A stretch of 64,000 nucleotides of DNA, taken from Armatimonadota bacterium. GTDB taxonomy: Bacteria > Armatimonadota > SYMT01. Within the stretch, counting starts at the first letter, position 1. Every line of letters begins with the position of its first letter. Below the pieces are notes generated by a model that was given only the letters and a program-made list of their open reading frames with translations, was not told where the DNA came from and ran no database searches. Positions 9,683-19,325 of the stretch are shown here, in pieces. A program made the translations under genes and the position numbers. The stretch spans positions 96,001-160,000 of the forward strand of contig JAWLHY010000016.1 of assembly GCA_041690135.1 (NCBI GenBank). Reading direction: 5' to 3'.

Positions 9683-10204
9683 ATGGCCCACCTGCATCTT
9701 GAACCTGAGAGCGTGCCCTGCAAGTTCACCTCCGCTTCTGAAGGTGCGGAGCGGGCGAGGCGGGACACCTACGGACGCACCCTGGATGATGCCCGCCGTG
9801 ACGACCGGAATTGGTTCGAGTTACGCCGGCGGCGGATGGTGCGGTGGATGATCCGGGTACGTGACCTTTATGGCATTATCTATCGGTTAGTACTGGCCGG
9901 CGGGCTTGGCGCTGCTTTTCTTGGCCTCACGGTGCCGATCTACGGTCTCATGTGCCTCAACTGGCGGGAACCGAGCACACTGGAGATCTGCACTGCGGCC
10001 GCACTGCTGATGGTGTTGGTAGCCGTTACCGAGCAATTGGCTCGAGCAACGACCGTCGGAGCCCTACGCCTGTTGCGCTCGCTGGCGGCGCAGGAGGGGA
10101 TCGAGATCCCGGAGCCCGTCAACTTTCCGTGGCAGCGACCACGGAAGATACCGCCCCCTCCCGTACCCCAACGCGACGCGGGCGGACGGTACTACCTCTC
10201 CTAA
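9683..10204 (+). CDS. hypothetical membrane protein (2 TM)
   Basis: GGAGGG RBS; two hydrophobic segments. Confidence 0.65.
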   Translation: MAHLHLEPESVPCKFTSASEGAERARRDTYGRTLDDARRDDRNWFELRRRRMVRWMIRVRDLYGIIYRLVLAGGLGAAFLGLTVPIYGLMCLNWREPSTLEICTAAALLMVLVAVTEQLARATTVGALRLLRSLAAQEGIEIPEPVNFPWQRPRKIPPPPVPQRDAGGRYYLS

Positions 10205-10234
10205 CCCGGCGTAGCCGGATCCAAGAGGGAAACG

Positions 10235-10416
10235 GCGTCATCCATACGGACTTGCAGTTGCGAAGGAGCCTTAGCGACCCTATGCTCCGTCGGGTAAACT
10301 CGCGCCCCGCAGAGGGGGGACCTCGTACCCGAATGCGACATGGTCCAAAGCACTACAGGCGTGGCTAGCGGCGGACTGGCTGGGGCTCGCAAACCGCAGG
10401 TCCGTATGGATGTCGC
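10235..10416. repeat. 182-nt element bounded by a long imperfect inverted repeat (ncRNA or MITE)
   Basis: CATCCATACGGAC (10239-10251) / GTCCGTATGGATG (10400-10412) pair perfectly; pairing extends to about 40 nt per arm. Confidence 0.75.
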
Positions 10417-10750
10417 GCGCTAGTTTTCCGAAGCGACACCAGGTATGTGCGCTTCGCAAAGCGGCGCACTGTTGAAAGATAAATACGTGTAAAATTGGCG
10501 CTCGACCTGCCGCTATAGTTCCTCCGTGAAAGGTCCGCCCTTTGCTGGCGCATCCTCTCGAGCGTCGGTTTTGAGCCGGCGATGTCCGAGCTTCCTATCG
10601 GTGTCAAGTCCCGATCAGGATTCCGCGACAACTCCCGCACAACTCCGCTACAGGCTCCCGGGCAGGAAATCCGCTCGGTAAGACCAGAACATGGTGGAGG
10701 TGTCGCACGACCCCAGGTGAGCCGCCGTTCGTGGCGGAGGAGCAAGTATC

Positions 10751-12058
10751 ATGTCCGAACAGGTAGAGAACGGCGTCGGATCGTCCAGTCGCCGCCAGTT
10801 TCTGAAGACCGCCACGGCCGCCGGCTCGACGGCCGCCCTCCTTTCCTCCGGGAATTTCGCGTACGCCCAGGGGTCCGACCAGATCAAGATCGGTCTCATC
10901 GGCTGCGGCGGGCGCGGCGCGGGCGCTGCCGTGGATGCGCTCCAGGCCGATCCGGGTGTCTACCTGACGGCGATGGCCGATGCTGTGCCCGCACCCCTCG
11001 AGCGGAGCCTGGGCCTCCTTCGCAAACACGAGAAGTACGGCCAGCGCGTACAGGTTACGGATGCGAACCAGTTCATCGGACTGGACGCCTACCAGCGGGT
11101 GATGGATAGCAACGTGGACGTGGTGCTCCTCTGCACGCCGCCCGGCTTCCGACCGCTGCACATCAAGGCAGCCGTGGCCGCCGGCAAGCACATCTTTGCC
11201 GAGAAGCCGATGGGAACGGACGTGGCCGGAACCCTGGCCGCGCTGCGGGCAGTGAACGAGGGGCGCAAAGACCGCTGCTTCCTCTCCGGCTTCTGCTACC
11301 GCTACGCGGAGCCGCACCGGGCGTTCTACAAGCGCCTGCATGAGGGAGCGATTGGCCCCGTGCGCTTCGTCCACGCCACCTACCTCACGGGTCCCGTCAA
11401 GCCCATGCCGCCGGCCTCCAGCCGCCCCAAGGGGATGAGCGACGTGGAGTGGCAGATCCGCAACTGGTACAACTTCGTCTGGCTTAGTGGGGACGGGCTG
11501 ATCGAACAGGCGTGCCACAGCGTCGACAAGATCCTGTGGGCGATGAAGGACGTGCCGCCGGTTCGCTGCGTCGGCTCCGGTGGGCGCGTACAGCCGAATA
11601 ACGAAGGCAATATCTTCGACCACATGGATGTCTTCTACGAATGGGCCGACGGCACGCGGGCAACGATGGCGCAGCGGCAGATCGCCGGGGTTTCCCACAA
11701 TGACAATACGGACTACGTGATCGGCGCCAAGGGCACGGGGACCGTCCACTTCGCCTCCGCCGAGATGACCGGAGAGACGCCGTGGCGCACCGACCCGCCG
11801 AAGAAGACGATGTACCAGCTCGAGCACGATGCCCTCTTCGCGGCGATCCGCAAGGGCAAGCCGATCCGCGAGCAGGAGAAGATGGCGCGCAGCACCCTGG
11901 CCGGCCTGATGGGGCGGATGGCCGCCTACACCGGCGCCGCCGTTACCTGGGACCAGTTGCTGAAGTCGGGCGAGGACCTCTTCCCGAAAGACCTCGACTG
12001 GAACGGAAAGCTGCCGATTCCTCCCATGGCTACTCCGGGCAAGCCGGCACTCGGATAG
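10751..12058 (+). CDS. Gfo/Idh/MocA oxidoreductase, Tat signal
   Basis: SRRQFLK; IGLIGCGGRG; GKHIFAEKP; EQACHSVD. Confidence 0.93.
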   Translation: MSEQVENGVGSSSRRQFLKTATAAGSTAALLSSGNFAYAQGSDQIKIGLIGCGGRGAGAAVDALQADPGVYLTAMADAVPAPLERSLGLLRKHEKYGQRVQVTDANQFIGLDAYQRVMDSNVDVVLLCTPPGFRPLHIKAAVAAGKHIFAEKPMGTDVAGTLAALRAVNEGRKDRCFLSGFCYRYAEPHRAFYKRLHEGAIGPVRFVHATYLTGPVKPMPPASSRPKGMSDVEWQIRNWYNFVWLSGDGLIEQACHSVDKILWAMKDVPPVRCVGSGGRVQPNNEGNIFDHMDVFYEWADGTRATMAQRQIAGVSHNDNTDYVIGAKGTGTVHFASAEMTGETPWRTDPPKKTMYQLEHDALFAAIRKGKPIREQEKMARSTLAGLMGRMAAYTGAAVTWDQLLKSGEDLFPKDLDWNGKLPIPPMATPGKPALG

Positions 12059-12073
12059 GCGCGGAGAATCCTG

Positions 12074-12961
12074 ATGAAACGACGAGATTTCCTCGCGCAG
12101 TCCGTAGCGGGAGCGGCAGTACTCTCCGGGGTGGCAAACCCGCAGCCGGCGGCCGCCCAGGCGAATGGCATGAAGAAAGCAATCACCTACTCGATGCTGC
12201 CTTCCGCGCTTCCCCCCGCCGACCGGTTCAAACTAGCGAAGGACTGCGGCTTCGACGGGGTGGAGATGCCGGCGGTCCCGGTGGCGGAGTGTGACGCGCT
12301 CCGCTCCGCCGCGGAGAAAGCCGGAATCCGCCTGCACTCCGTGATCTACGGCGGCTGGAACCCACCCCTGACCCACCCCGATGCCGCTCAGCGGGAGCAG
12401 AGCTTCAAGAATGCGGAAGCGTCACTCCACAGTGCCAAGGCCCTGGGGGCGGATTGCATCCTGCTCGTCCCGGGCATCGTCAATGCGAACACTCCCTACA
12501 AGAGCGCCTACCAGTGGGCGCAGGAAGGGGTCCGGAAGCTAGTTCCGACAGCGGAGAAGTTGAAGATTCCCATCCTTCTCGAGGAGGTGTGGAACAACTT
12601 CCTGTTCAGCCCGCTGGAGTTCAACGCCTTCGTCGATAGCTTCAAGAGCCCCTGGGTGCAGGCATACTTCGACGTCGGCAACGTGGTCCCGTTCGGCTGG
12701 CCCGAAGACTGGATCCGCACGCTCGGACCTCGGATCAAGAAGGTCCACCTGAAGGACTTCAAGGGCGGCCCTGGTTTGTTCCAGGCAATCGGTGGAAGCT
12801 TCGTCAACCTGCGTGACGGCAGCGTCAACTGGCCGGAGGTCCGCAAGGCGTTCTCCGATATCGGCTACCAGGGCTGGATGACCTGCGAGCTCCGCGGCGG
12901 CGACGCGGAGTATCTGAAGGACGTGAGCAAGCGGGTGGACCTGATCCTGGAAGGGAAGTAG
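12074..12961 (+). CDS. sugar phosphate isomerase/epimerase (xylose isomerase-like TIM barrel), Tat signal
   Basis: MKRRDFLA; LEEVWNNF, YFDVGN, VHLKDF, CE motifs. Confidence 0.9.
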   Translation: MKRRDFLAQSVAGAAVLSGVANPQPAAAQANGMKKAITYSMLPSALPPADRFKLAKDCGFDGVEMPAVPVAECDALRSAAEKAGIRLHSVIYGGWNPPLTHPDAAQREQSFKNAEASLHSAKALGADCILLVPGIVNANTPYKSAYQWAQEGVRKLVPTAEKLKIPILLEEVWNNFLFSPLEFNAFVDSFKSPWVQAYFDVGNVVPFGWPEDWIRTLGPRIKKVHLKDFKGGPGLFQAIGGSFVNLRDGSVNWPEVRKAFSDIGYQGWMTCELRGGDAEYLKDVSKRVDLILEGK

Positions 12962-12994
12962 CGATAACAGCCCGGCAGGACGGCAAACGCAATT

Positions 12995-13021
12995 AACCGC
13001 CAAAACGCCAAGAGCGCCAAG
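12995..13021 (+). repeat. short tandem CGCCAA repeat (3 copies, 8-9 nt period)
   Basis: AACCGCCAAAACGCCAAGAGCGCCAAG. Confidence 0.6.
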
Positions 13022-13109
13022 AGAAAGAAACGAGCCAAGGCTTATAGGACTGGGGAGGCGTTTGTCACGCCGGACAAATGGCCCATTAGAAGTCCAGACC
13101 TCAACGCAG

Positions 13110-13154
13110 ACTGCCGGCCCGGCCTTTGAGCCGCGGCCGGCAGTTGTTTGCTTT
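13110..13154 (+). terminator. intrinsic terminator
   Basis: ACTGCCGGCC...GGCCGGCAGT stem followed by TGTTTGCTTT. Confidence 0.65.
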
Positions 13155-13219
13155 CACCACTTCGGGAGGTCAAAAAGGTAATAGACATCGCCGCGACGGT
13201 TCGTATGGGTAACTGGCAC
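13154..13219 (-). pseudogene. truncated gene remnant (21 codons)
   Basis: AGGAG RBS then GTG; MPVTHTNRRGDVYYL followed by an early stop. Confidence 0.4.
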
Positions 13220-13395
13220 GCGTGAGGTCACTCCTGAAGCGGGCATCCATGGTGCTACAAGCTTCGTCCCAGTTCCCTTTCCGCGGGCGATGTTCCTACT
13301 GGGAGGTAACGGGATCCGGTTTCCGCCGCTGCGAATGCCGGTAAACAGCAAACAACAACGGTTTCTAATGAGCAGGGACGGAAACGAGGTTCCAG

Positions 13396-13914
13396 ATGCC
13401 GGCTACACGCGCACATCGGGCCGGGCAACGGCTCCCCCACTGGGGCTGGCTTGCCGGAACACTGGCATTGGGTCTGCTCCTCTGGGTGCTGACCGCCGTG
13501 GTCGAACGGAACGATCGGACGGTACCTGCACCCACGGAGCGCGTGGCCGGCCAACGCCAGGAGCTGCGGGAGGGCGTCCTGCCGTTGGCGACCGTCATCG
13601 GTGACCCGGAAGCGCACCTGGACCGGACCGTCTCCGGAACCGCTTACGTCGTCCAGGTCGTTTCGGACCGCGCTCTCTGGCTGGAACGGGACAACGAGCG
13701 GCTGCTGGCCGTCTTTCACAAGCCCGCACTCACGGCCGGGAGCTTGTTACCCGGGCAGCCGATATGGCTCACCGGGCGGGTGCTGGACGCGCAGCAGGCG
13801 GTTGGCATGTCTCCCGCGGTTGTGCTGGAGTCCGAAACGCTCCAGGTCCTGGGTCAGCAAAAGGCCTTCCTACTGGCTCACGCCGAGGACTTCGAGGTTC
13901 TGGGTTCTCCGTAG
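13396..13914 (+). CDS. membrane-anchored hypothetical protein (possible OB-fold)
   Basis: One TM helix, then beta-rich TVSGTAYVVQVVSDRALWL. Confidence 0.7.
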   Translation: MPATRAHRAGQRLPHWGWLAGTLALGLLLWVLTAVVERNDRTVPAPTERVAGQRQELREGVLPLATVIGDPEAHLDRTVSGTAYVVQVVSDRALWLERDNERLLAVFHKPALTAGSLLPGQPIWLTGRVLDAQQAVGMSPAVVLESETLQVLGQQKAFLLAHAEDFEVLGSP

Positions 13915-14225
13915 AACGGCCCAGGTGGATCCTATTGCTCCGCGTACCGGTCACCGGCAGCCGGCCGGCTCATCGTAGACAGCCGGCAGAACCCTTCATT
14001 GTCCGCAAATAGGCTGGCCGAATTCTCGCCTTCATGAGGCAACCCGGCCTCTTGAACCACTCCCTTCATGCCAGGATAGTACTGTTACAGGCAATACTCC
14101 TTCGCGTGCGTGCTTGTCGGCAGCTGCGTTACTCTGGAGGAGAGCGCGGCCCCGTTTCCGTATTGGTTTTGACCTGTACCTTGCTTTCCACGGTATCCGC
14201 TTCTGCCGGTCTCGGGAGTTCTACC

Positions 14226-16094
14226 TTGAAGAAAAGCGTCCTCGTCACCGCCTCCCTATTGCTCTTCACGGTCGCCGCTGGGCCTGTCGGTCCGCTATAT
14301 GCGCAAGGCATGGCTGCGGAGGCCCAGCCGTCTTTCGCATCCTATTCCGCCGCGCTCCAGGCGGGTGAGAAGCTTTTCGGCGACCGCAAGTACAAAGATG
14401 CCCGGACTGCCTACGAGTCCGCCTTATCCCTGGCTAAAACGGATGACGAGCGGGCGGAAGCGTTCTTCGGCGCGGCTCGGACCCACGAAAAGGAGTTGGT
14501 GATCCGCGAGGTGCGGTCCGGAAAGTTCGCGACCCGTCGCGAGTCTTTTACGGATTACGAAGCGGCTCGCCGGAAGTATGGAGAGGTGGAAAAGCTGCCC
14601 GGTCTCTCGTCGGAGAAGAAGGCCGATGCCAGGGTAGCCCTTGCAAACACCTACGCGCTGGCGGGTGCGAGGACCGAAGCACGGGAACAGTTTACGAAAC
14701 TGCTCGACGCCGGACTTCCGCCGGCGGCCCGCGCGACGGCCCTTGTGGGGCGCGCGGAATCGTATCTGAACGGTGTTCTTGCTTCCTCTTCGGACGTGAC
14801 CCTGGCGATGGCGGACCTCGAGCTGGCCCTCAAGGTGGAGGGAATCCGGGACCCGCAGAAGGCGGATGCACTCCTGCGGCTGTCGGAGCTTTACTTCCGC
14901 ACGCTCAACAAATCGCAGGTGCCGGCGAACCTGGCCGCCGTCATCTCGCTCCCCGGCGCTACCGGGGCACAAAAGGCCAAAGCGTACTTGATGAGCGGCA
15001 ACCTCCACCACTTGAACAAGGATACGGAAAAGGCCCGGGCCGCCTGGAGCCAGATTCCGCTGCTACCCGGAGTGGCCGCGGATCAGAAGGTGCTGGCGCA
15101 TCGGAACGTGGCACAGACCTACCTCACCGAGAAGAAGATCGAGGAGGCCCAGGGTGAACTGGAAAAGGCCGCCCAGCTTCCCGAACTCACCGTGTTCGAG
15201 AAGGCCGCGCTCTATGAGGATATGGGCGATATCTACCTGGCTGCTGCCAACTACGCGGCGGCCCGCTCGGCGTTCGCCCGTATCGTAGCGTTGCCGGATG
15301 CGGGTCCCCTGCGCCATAAGGACGCCAGAATCAAGACCGGGCAGGCGTTCGAGAAGGAGAAGAACTACGCCGCTGCCCGCGAAACCTGGGAGAACCTGGC
15401 GGGTGGAAAGGATGTCGGCGCCACGGAAGCACTCCGGCTGATAGCGATCTCCTACGTAACCGAGAAAGACTACCCGGCCGCACGGGCGGTCTTCGAACGG
15501 TGGCTCGCAGTCCCGGTCGCCAGTTACTGGAAAGAAGACGCCTGGCTTCTGATGGGGCAGGTCTACGAGCGGGAGATGAACTGGACTGCGGCCCGGGATG
15601 CCTACGGGAAGCTGGGGCAGGATCCGAAAGCGCGCAACACCCGCAAGGTGCACGCGGTGCTCGGCGTGGCCCGCACCTATCAGGCCGAGAAGAACGAAGA
15701 GGCGGTTCTTCAAGCCTACGCCACCCTTCCGGCTGCCTTTAAGGTGGAAGATCAGATTTCACCCGCGGAGCAGAGCGAACTGAACCAGATGCGCACGGCG
15801 CTCCTGGAGCAGCTGAAGAAGCTGGCCGCGGCCCGGAGCCAGGATAAGGACAAGTTGCCGCAAGCCGTCTCCCTCTTGCGAACTGCCGAGGGTATCAGTT
15901 TCATCCGCACAGCGAAGGCCACGGTTCTGCTCCAACTTGCCAATCTGTACTTTGCCCACGGAATGCTCGCAGAAGCGAAAGTGGAGTATCAGAAGGTGGT
16001 GCAAGACGGCTTCACCGCTGAACAGCAACAGGCCAGACAGAAGCTAAAGGAGATTGAGGAGAAGGAGAAGGCGGCTGCGGGCGCCGCGGGCTAA
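14226..16094 (+). CDS. exported tetratricopeptide repeat protein
   Basis: Likely TTG start after GGGAG; signal peptide; many TPR-like helices (Y.AAR..Y..I). Confidence 0.85.
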   Translation: MKKSVLVTASLLLFTVAAGPVGPLYAQGMAAEAQPSFASYSAALQAGEKLFGDRKYKDARTAYESALSLAKTDDERAEAFFGAARTHEKELVIREVRSGKFATRRESFTDYEAARRKYGEVEKLPGLSSEKKADARVALANTYALAGARTEAREQFTKLLDAGLPPAARATALVGRAESYLNGVLASSSDVTLAMADLELALKVEGIRDPQKADALLRLSELYFRTLNKSQVPANLAAVISLPGATGAQKAKAYLMSGNLHHLNKDTEKARAAWSQIPLLPGVAADQKVLAHRNVAQTYLTEKKIEEAQGELEKAAQLPELTVFEKAALYEDMGDIYLAAANYAAARSAFARIVALPDAGPLRHKDARIKTGQAFEKEKNYAAARETWENLAGGKDVGATEALRLIAISYVTEKDYPAARAVFERWLAVPVASYWKEDAWLLMGQVYEREMNWTAARDAYGKLGQDPKARNTRKVHAVLGVARTYQAEKNEEAVLQAYATLPAAFKVEDQISPAEQSELNQMRTALLEQLKKLAAARSQDKDKLPQAVSLLRTAEGISFIRTAKATVLLQLANLYFAHGMLAEAKVEYQKVVQDGFTAEQQQARQKLKEIEEKEKAAAGAAG

Positions 16095-16119
16095 CGATGG
16101 GGAACACCGGCGGTGCGGG

Positions 16120-16737
16120 TCATGGCGACGTGACGGCACCGCCGGTAGCGTGCCCCTTAAGTTTCTCCTGCTCGTCCAGGTGGGGTACCCAGACGATCCG
16201 CCCATCGATCTTCAACGCTAACACCTTGTCGGGGTCCGGCGCCGCCGGCGGGTAGTGGCCCTGGCACCAAACAATGGTAGTATTGGCGCCGAATCGCTGT
16301 TCCAACTGATGTCGCTTCCGGGCCTGTCCCAGTAGAGCTTCCTCTCGCTCCTCTGCTCCCGTCAACAGCAAGTGCGGGTCCACAAAGAACTCGTAACCGT
16401 AGGCGGTGGCCAGGTGACCCGGCGGGGATTCTGGACGTGGATACTTGGGGCACCGGAATACACGGGGATCGGAAATGTAGCGCGGGTAGAGACCTGGGAT
16501 GGCAGTACCGTTGGGGTGCGTAAAGCTCGTCAGGATGGGGGGATCAGTTCCCCAATCCTGACGGTAGAGTGCGAGGGCGGCACTGATTTGCAGCAGGTTG
16601 GCCTGGCACGCGGTGTGTGCCGATACTTCCGGATGGGGTCGCGACCAGTACCACCGCAATCCGACCAGGAGACAAAGGCCGGTTACCAGCAGAAATGCCA
16701 GGACCGCGCCGACTTCCCAGGTTCGTTTCCGAGTCAT
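16120..16737 (-). CDS. pseudopilin/DUF1559-like membrane-anchored protein
   Basis: TM helix; CQANLLQI..ALALY.QD; LYPRYI....VFRCP; C-terminal IDGRI. Confidence 0.65.
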   Translation of the reverse strand: MTRKRTWEVGAVLAFLLVTGLCLLVGLRWYWSRPHPEVSAHTACQANLLQISAALALYRQDWGTDPPILTSFTHPNGTAIPGLYPRYISDPRVFRCPKYPRPESPPGHLATAYGYEFFVDPHLLLTGAEEREEALLGQARKRHQLEQRFGANTTIVWCQGHYPPAAPDPDKVLALKIDGRIVWVPHLDEQEKLKGHATGGAVTSP

Positions 16738-16904
16738 CGCAACCAGCCTTTCGAGGACACATCCTGTCTTTCGTCCTTATACGGCAAAGCTGGAATGCTG
16801 GTTACCTGCCAGGCAGAGGTCTTTTGCTTCCCCTTGCCGACGTACGTGCGGAAGGAAGCGGCAGCTAACCCTTCGAATCTAACAGCGATCGATCTTTCGC
16901 CTTC

Positions 16905-18212
16905 TTGCCAGGGAGCCTTCCGTTGCGCGTGTTCCACCGTTGTGCTGTATCGCTGGCTATGGCCTGCCTTCTTGCAGGGGTAGCGAGTGCTGAATCCCTC
17001 TGGACGGACTTCCGGGGACCGACCGGACAGGGCCACTCTTCCGCGATGGGTCTGCCATTGGAGTGGGGTCCCACCAAAAACATCACCTGGCGTGTCGAAC
17101 TCCCCGGGCGCGCCTGGTCCTCACCGATCTTCGCGGGCGGTAAGATTTTCCTCACCAACGCGGTCCCGCTGAAGCCCGATGAGCCCGAGGCCGGTGTCTC
17201 CCTCCGGGTGCTGGCCCTGGATGCGGCTACTGGCAAGCTGCAATGGGACCAGGAGGTGCTCCAGCAGACGGACCCGGCGGCGCTGCGCCAGCACGAGAAG
17301 AACAGTCACGCCAGCCCCTCACCCGTTTACGAAATGGGGCGGATCTACGCTCACTTCGGGCACCATGGCACGGCCTGCGTCGACGAAACCGGCAAGGTCT
17401 TGTGGAGCACGCGCGAGCACCGCTATCCGCCGGTACACGGCACCGGAGGGAGCCCCGTGCTGGTGGACGATCTCCTCATTTTCAACGCGGACGGCGCGAC
17501 CAACCCCGCGGTGATCGCCCTGGAGAAGGCCACGGGCAAGCTCCGCTGGAAGACGCCTCGCCCACCCTCCCCCGCCCGGGGCAAATTCTCCTTCAGCACC
17601 CCCCTCCTGATCCAGGTGAACGGCCGGAGTCAACTCATCACGCCCGGCAGCGGCATCGTGCAGGCGCTGGACCCGAAAGACGGTAGCGAGATCTGGCACG
17701 CCTTTTACGGAACCGGCTTCTCCGTGGTGCCGCGGCCAGTGCATGCCCACGGCATGGTATTCCTGAGTTCCGGATATCAGCGACCCGTCGCCTACGCGAT
17801 CCGCGTCGATGGCCGGGGCGACGTGACGGACTCCCACGTCGCGTGGACCGCGACCAAACGCGCCCCCCTTAATCCTTCCATGGTCGTAGTGGGCGATGAG
17901 CTGTATATGCTCGCCGACAGCGGGATCCTGTCATGCGTGGACGCGAAGACGGGTGAGGTCCACTACGAAGAGCGGGTGCTGGGCCCCAGCTCCGCGTCCC
18001 TCCTGGCGGCGGAGGGTCGCATCTACGCCGTGGACGAACTCGGGAAGGCGGTGGTGGTCAAGGCCGGCAAGACGTTCCAACTCCTGGCGACGAACGACTT
18101 CGGCGAGCGCACACTGGCCTCGTTCGCCGTTTGCGACAGCGATTTGCTGGCTCGGACCGAAAAGGCCGTCTACCGGATTAGCAAAGCGGGACCTCCGAAG
18201 GCGGGTCGCTGA
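16905..18212 (+). CDS. PQQ-binding-like beta-propeller (BamB-like)
   Basis: WTDFRGPTGQG, NITWRVELPGRAWSSP, repeated ALD..TGK..W. Confidence 0.9.
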   Translation: MPGSLPLRVFHRCAVSLAMACLLAGVASAESLWTDFRGPTGQGHSSAMGLPLEWGPTKNITWRVELPGRAWSSPIFAGGKIFLTNAVPLKPDEPEAGVSLRVLALDAATGKLQWDQEVLQQTDPAALRQHEKNSHASPSPVYEMGRIYAHFGHHGTACVDETGKVLWSTREHRYPPVHGTGGSPVLVDDLLIFNADGATNPAVIALEKATGKLRWKTPRPPSPARGKFSFSTPLLIQVNGRSQLITPGSGIVQALDPKDGSEIWHAFYGTGFSVVPRPVHAHGMVFLSSGYQRPVAYAIRVDGRGDVTDSHVAWTATKRAPLNPSMVVVGDELYMLADSGILSCVDAKTGEVHYEERVLGPSSASLLAAEGRIYAVDELGKAVVVKAGKTFQLLATNDFGERTLASFAVCDSDLLARTEKAVYRISKAGPPKAGR

Positions 18213-18288
18213 CCCTCGCGGTTTCGTCGGCCGGCTCTTGCGGACAAGAATAGTACAGCACTCTCGAACTATAGGTAGAGGCCGCCCG

Positions 18289-18549
18289 ATGCCAGAGGAC
18301 CTGCTCGATCCCGACCTTCGCCCCACCGTACTGGAAGAAAGCACCTTTCAGGAACGCCTCGACCGTTGGGTGGACGTGATGAACACCTGCGAACAGTTTC
18401 TCCTGGCCGGTCTCCGCCGGGAAATCGGACCGGATGGCGATTTGGATGCAGCCTATCGCCAGTGGTACGAGCAGCAGATGGAAGAACACGACCGGACGAT
18501 GATCCACCTGCTGGAACAACTCAATCGGAGGCTGGGAAGCGGTGGCTGA
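18289..18549 (+). CDS. small hypothetical protein, putative partner of the nucleotidyltransferase
   Basis: ATG 18289; helical 86 aa; stop overlaps the next start. Confidence 0.7.
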   Translation: MPEDLLDPDLRPTVLEESTFQERLDRWVDVMNTCEQFLLAGLRREIGPDGDLDAAYRQWYEQQMEEHDRTMIHLLEQLNRRLGSGG

Positions 18550-18987
18550 TCTCATCCTGACTGTCCTTAACGGGTGCTGGCGGTTCTTCGGCAGCTCAAT
18601 ACGCCTTCGGGGGTGATGGGGGGAGTCGCCGTATCCCTCTGGAAGTACGTACGCGCCACGCAGGATGTAGACCTCCTTGTGGCTGTTCCCAATGATGAAG
18701 ACCAGCTGATTCAGGCCTTCCAAGACGCTGGGTTTCTGCCCAAGCGCCAACCGCCAGTCCTCCAACTCGATGAGTTTCGACTGCTGCAGCTACTTTATGA
18801 GCCGGCAGGTCGGATACTCGATCGTGCGGATGTTAGTGCACTGCTGCGCGCGAACGAGGCGGCCCTTGACACCGGATACCTTCACACCTGGGCGTCCAGG
18901 CTGGGTGTCGAAGCCGATCTGAAGAGTATCTGGCAAGAATCGCTCCCAGGTCGAGACGGTCCGGAAGGTGCTCCTGGGGTGAAGTAG
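18542..18987 (+). pseudogene. nucleotidyltransferase (AbiEii/DUF6036-like), frameshifted and apparently internally deleted
   Basis: MGGVAVS...RATQDVDLL motif; GTG 18542 is out of frame with the body; YEP|AGRILDRAD junction. Confidence 0.6.
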
Positions 18988-19265
18988 CGCGATCAGCTCG
19001 TTCTATCCGGAACACCACCCTGTGTCAGGCCCCGGACGTGGAGGTGGATCTTGGCGGCATCCGCGGAGGTCATCTTGCGTATGGCTTCTTCAACGGATTG
19101 CCGGTGCCGAGGGACCGAGGCACGGTAGTGAGCGCTCCGTGGAGACAGATAGCGCCGATGAAACTCTACCACTCAGGTTCCGTGCTCGGGGTGCTCGTTA
19201 CCCTACCCTGGGGCTGCCAGCAGACTCACGCTGCGGAGAAGGCCTTCACTGCCGCACCGTGTAAG

Positions 19266-19291
19266 GGGGATCTTCTAGTTTGAAGATCCCC
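19266..19291 (-). terminator. hairpin terminator downstream of the GDSL gene
   Basis: GGGGATCTTC-N6-GAAGATCCCC perfect 10-bp stem. Confidence 0.6.
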
Positions 19292-19325
19292 TCTCGCGTT
19301 TTGGCCCGCACGCGGTACCGGCGGC

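Noticed and set aside
10495-10510. sigma54-like TTGGCG-CTCGAC-CTGC (GG-N10-GC)
   Set aside because: Deviates from TGGCAC/TTGC; no enhancer-binding protein nearby; common by chance at this GC
18990-19260. Short ORFs on both strands between the NTase and GDSL genes
   Set aside because: No motif or convincing RBS; cannot choose a frame
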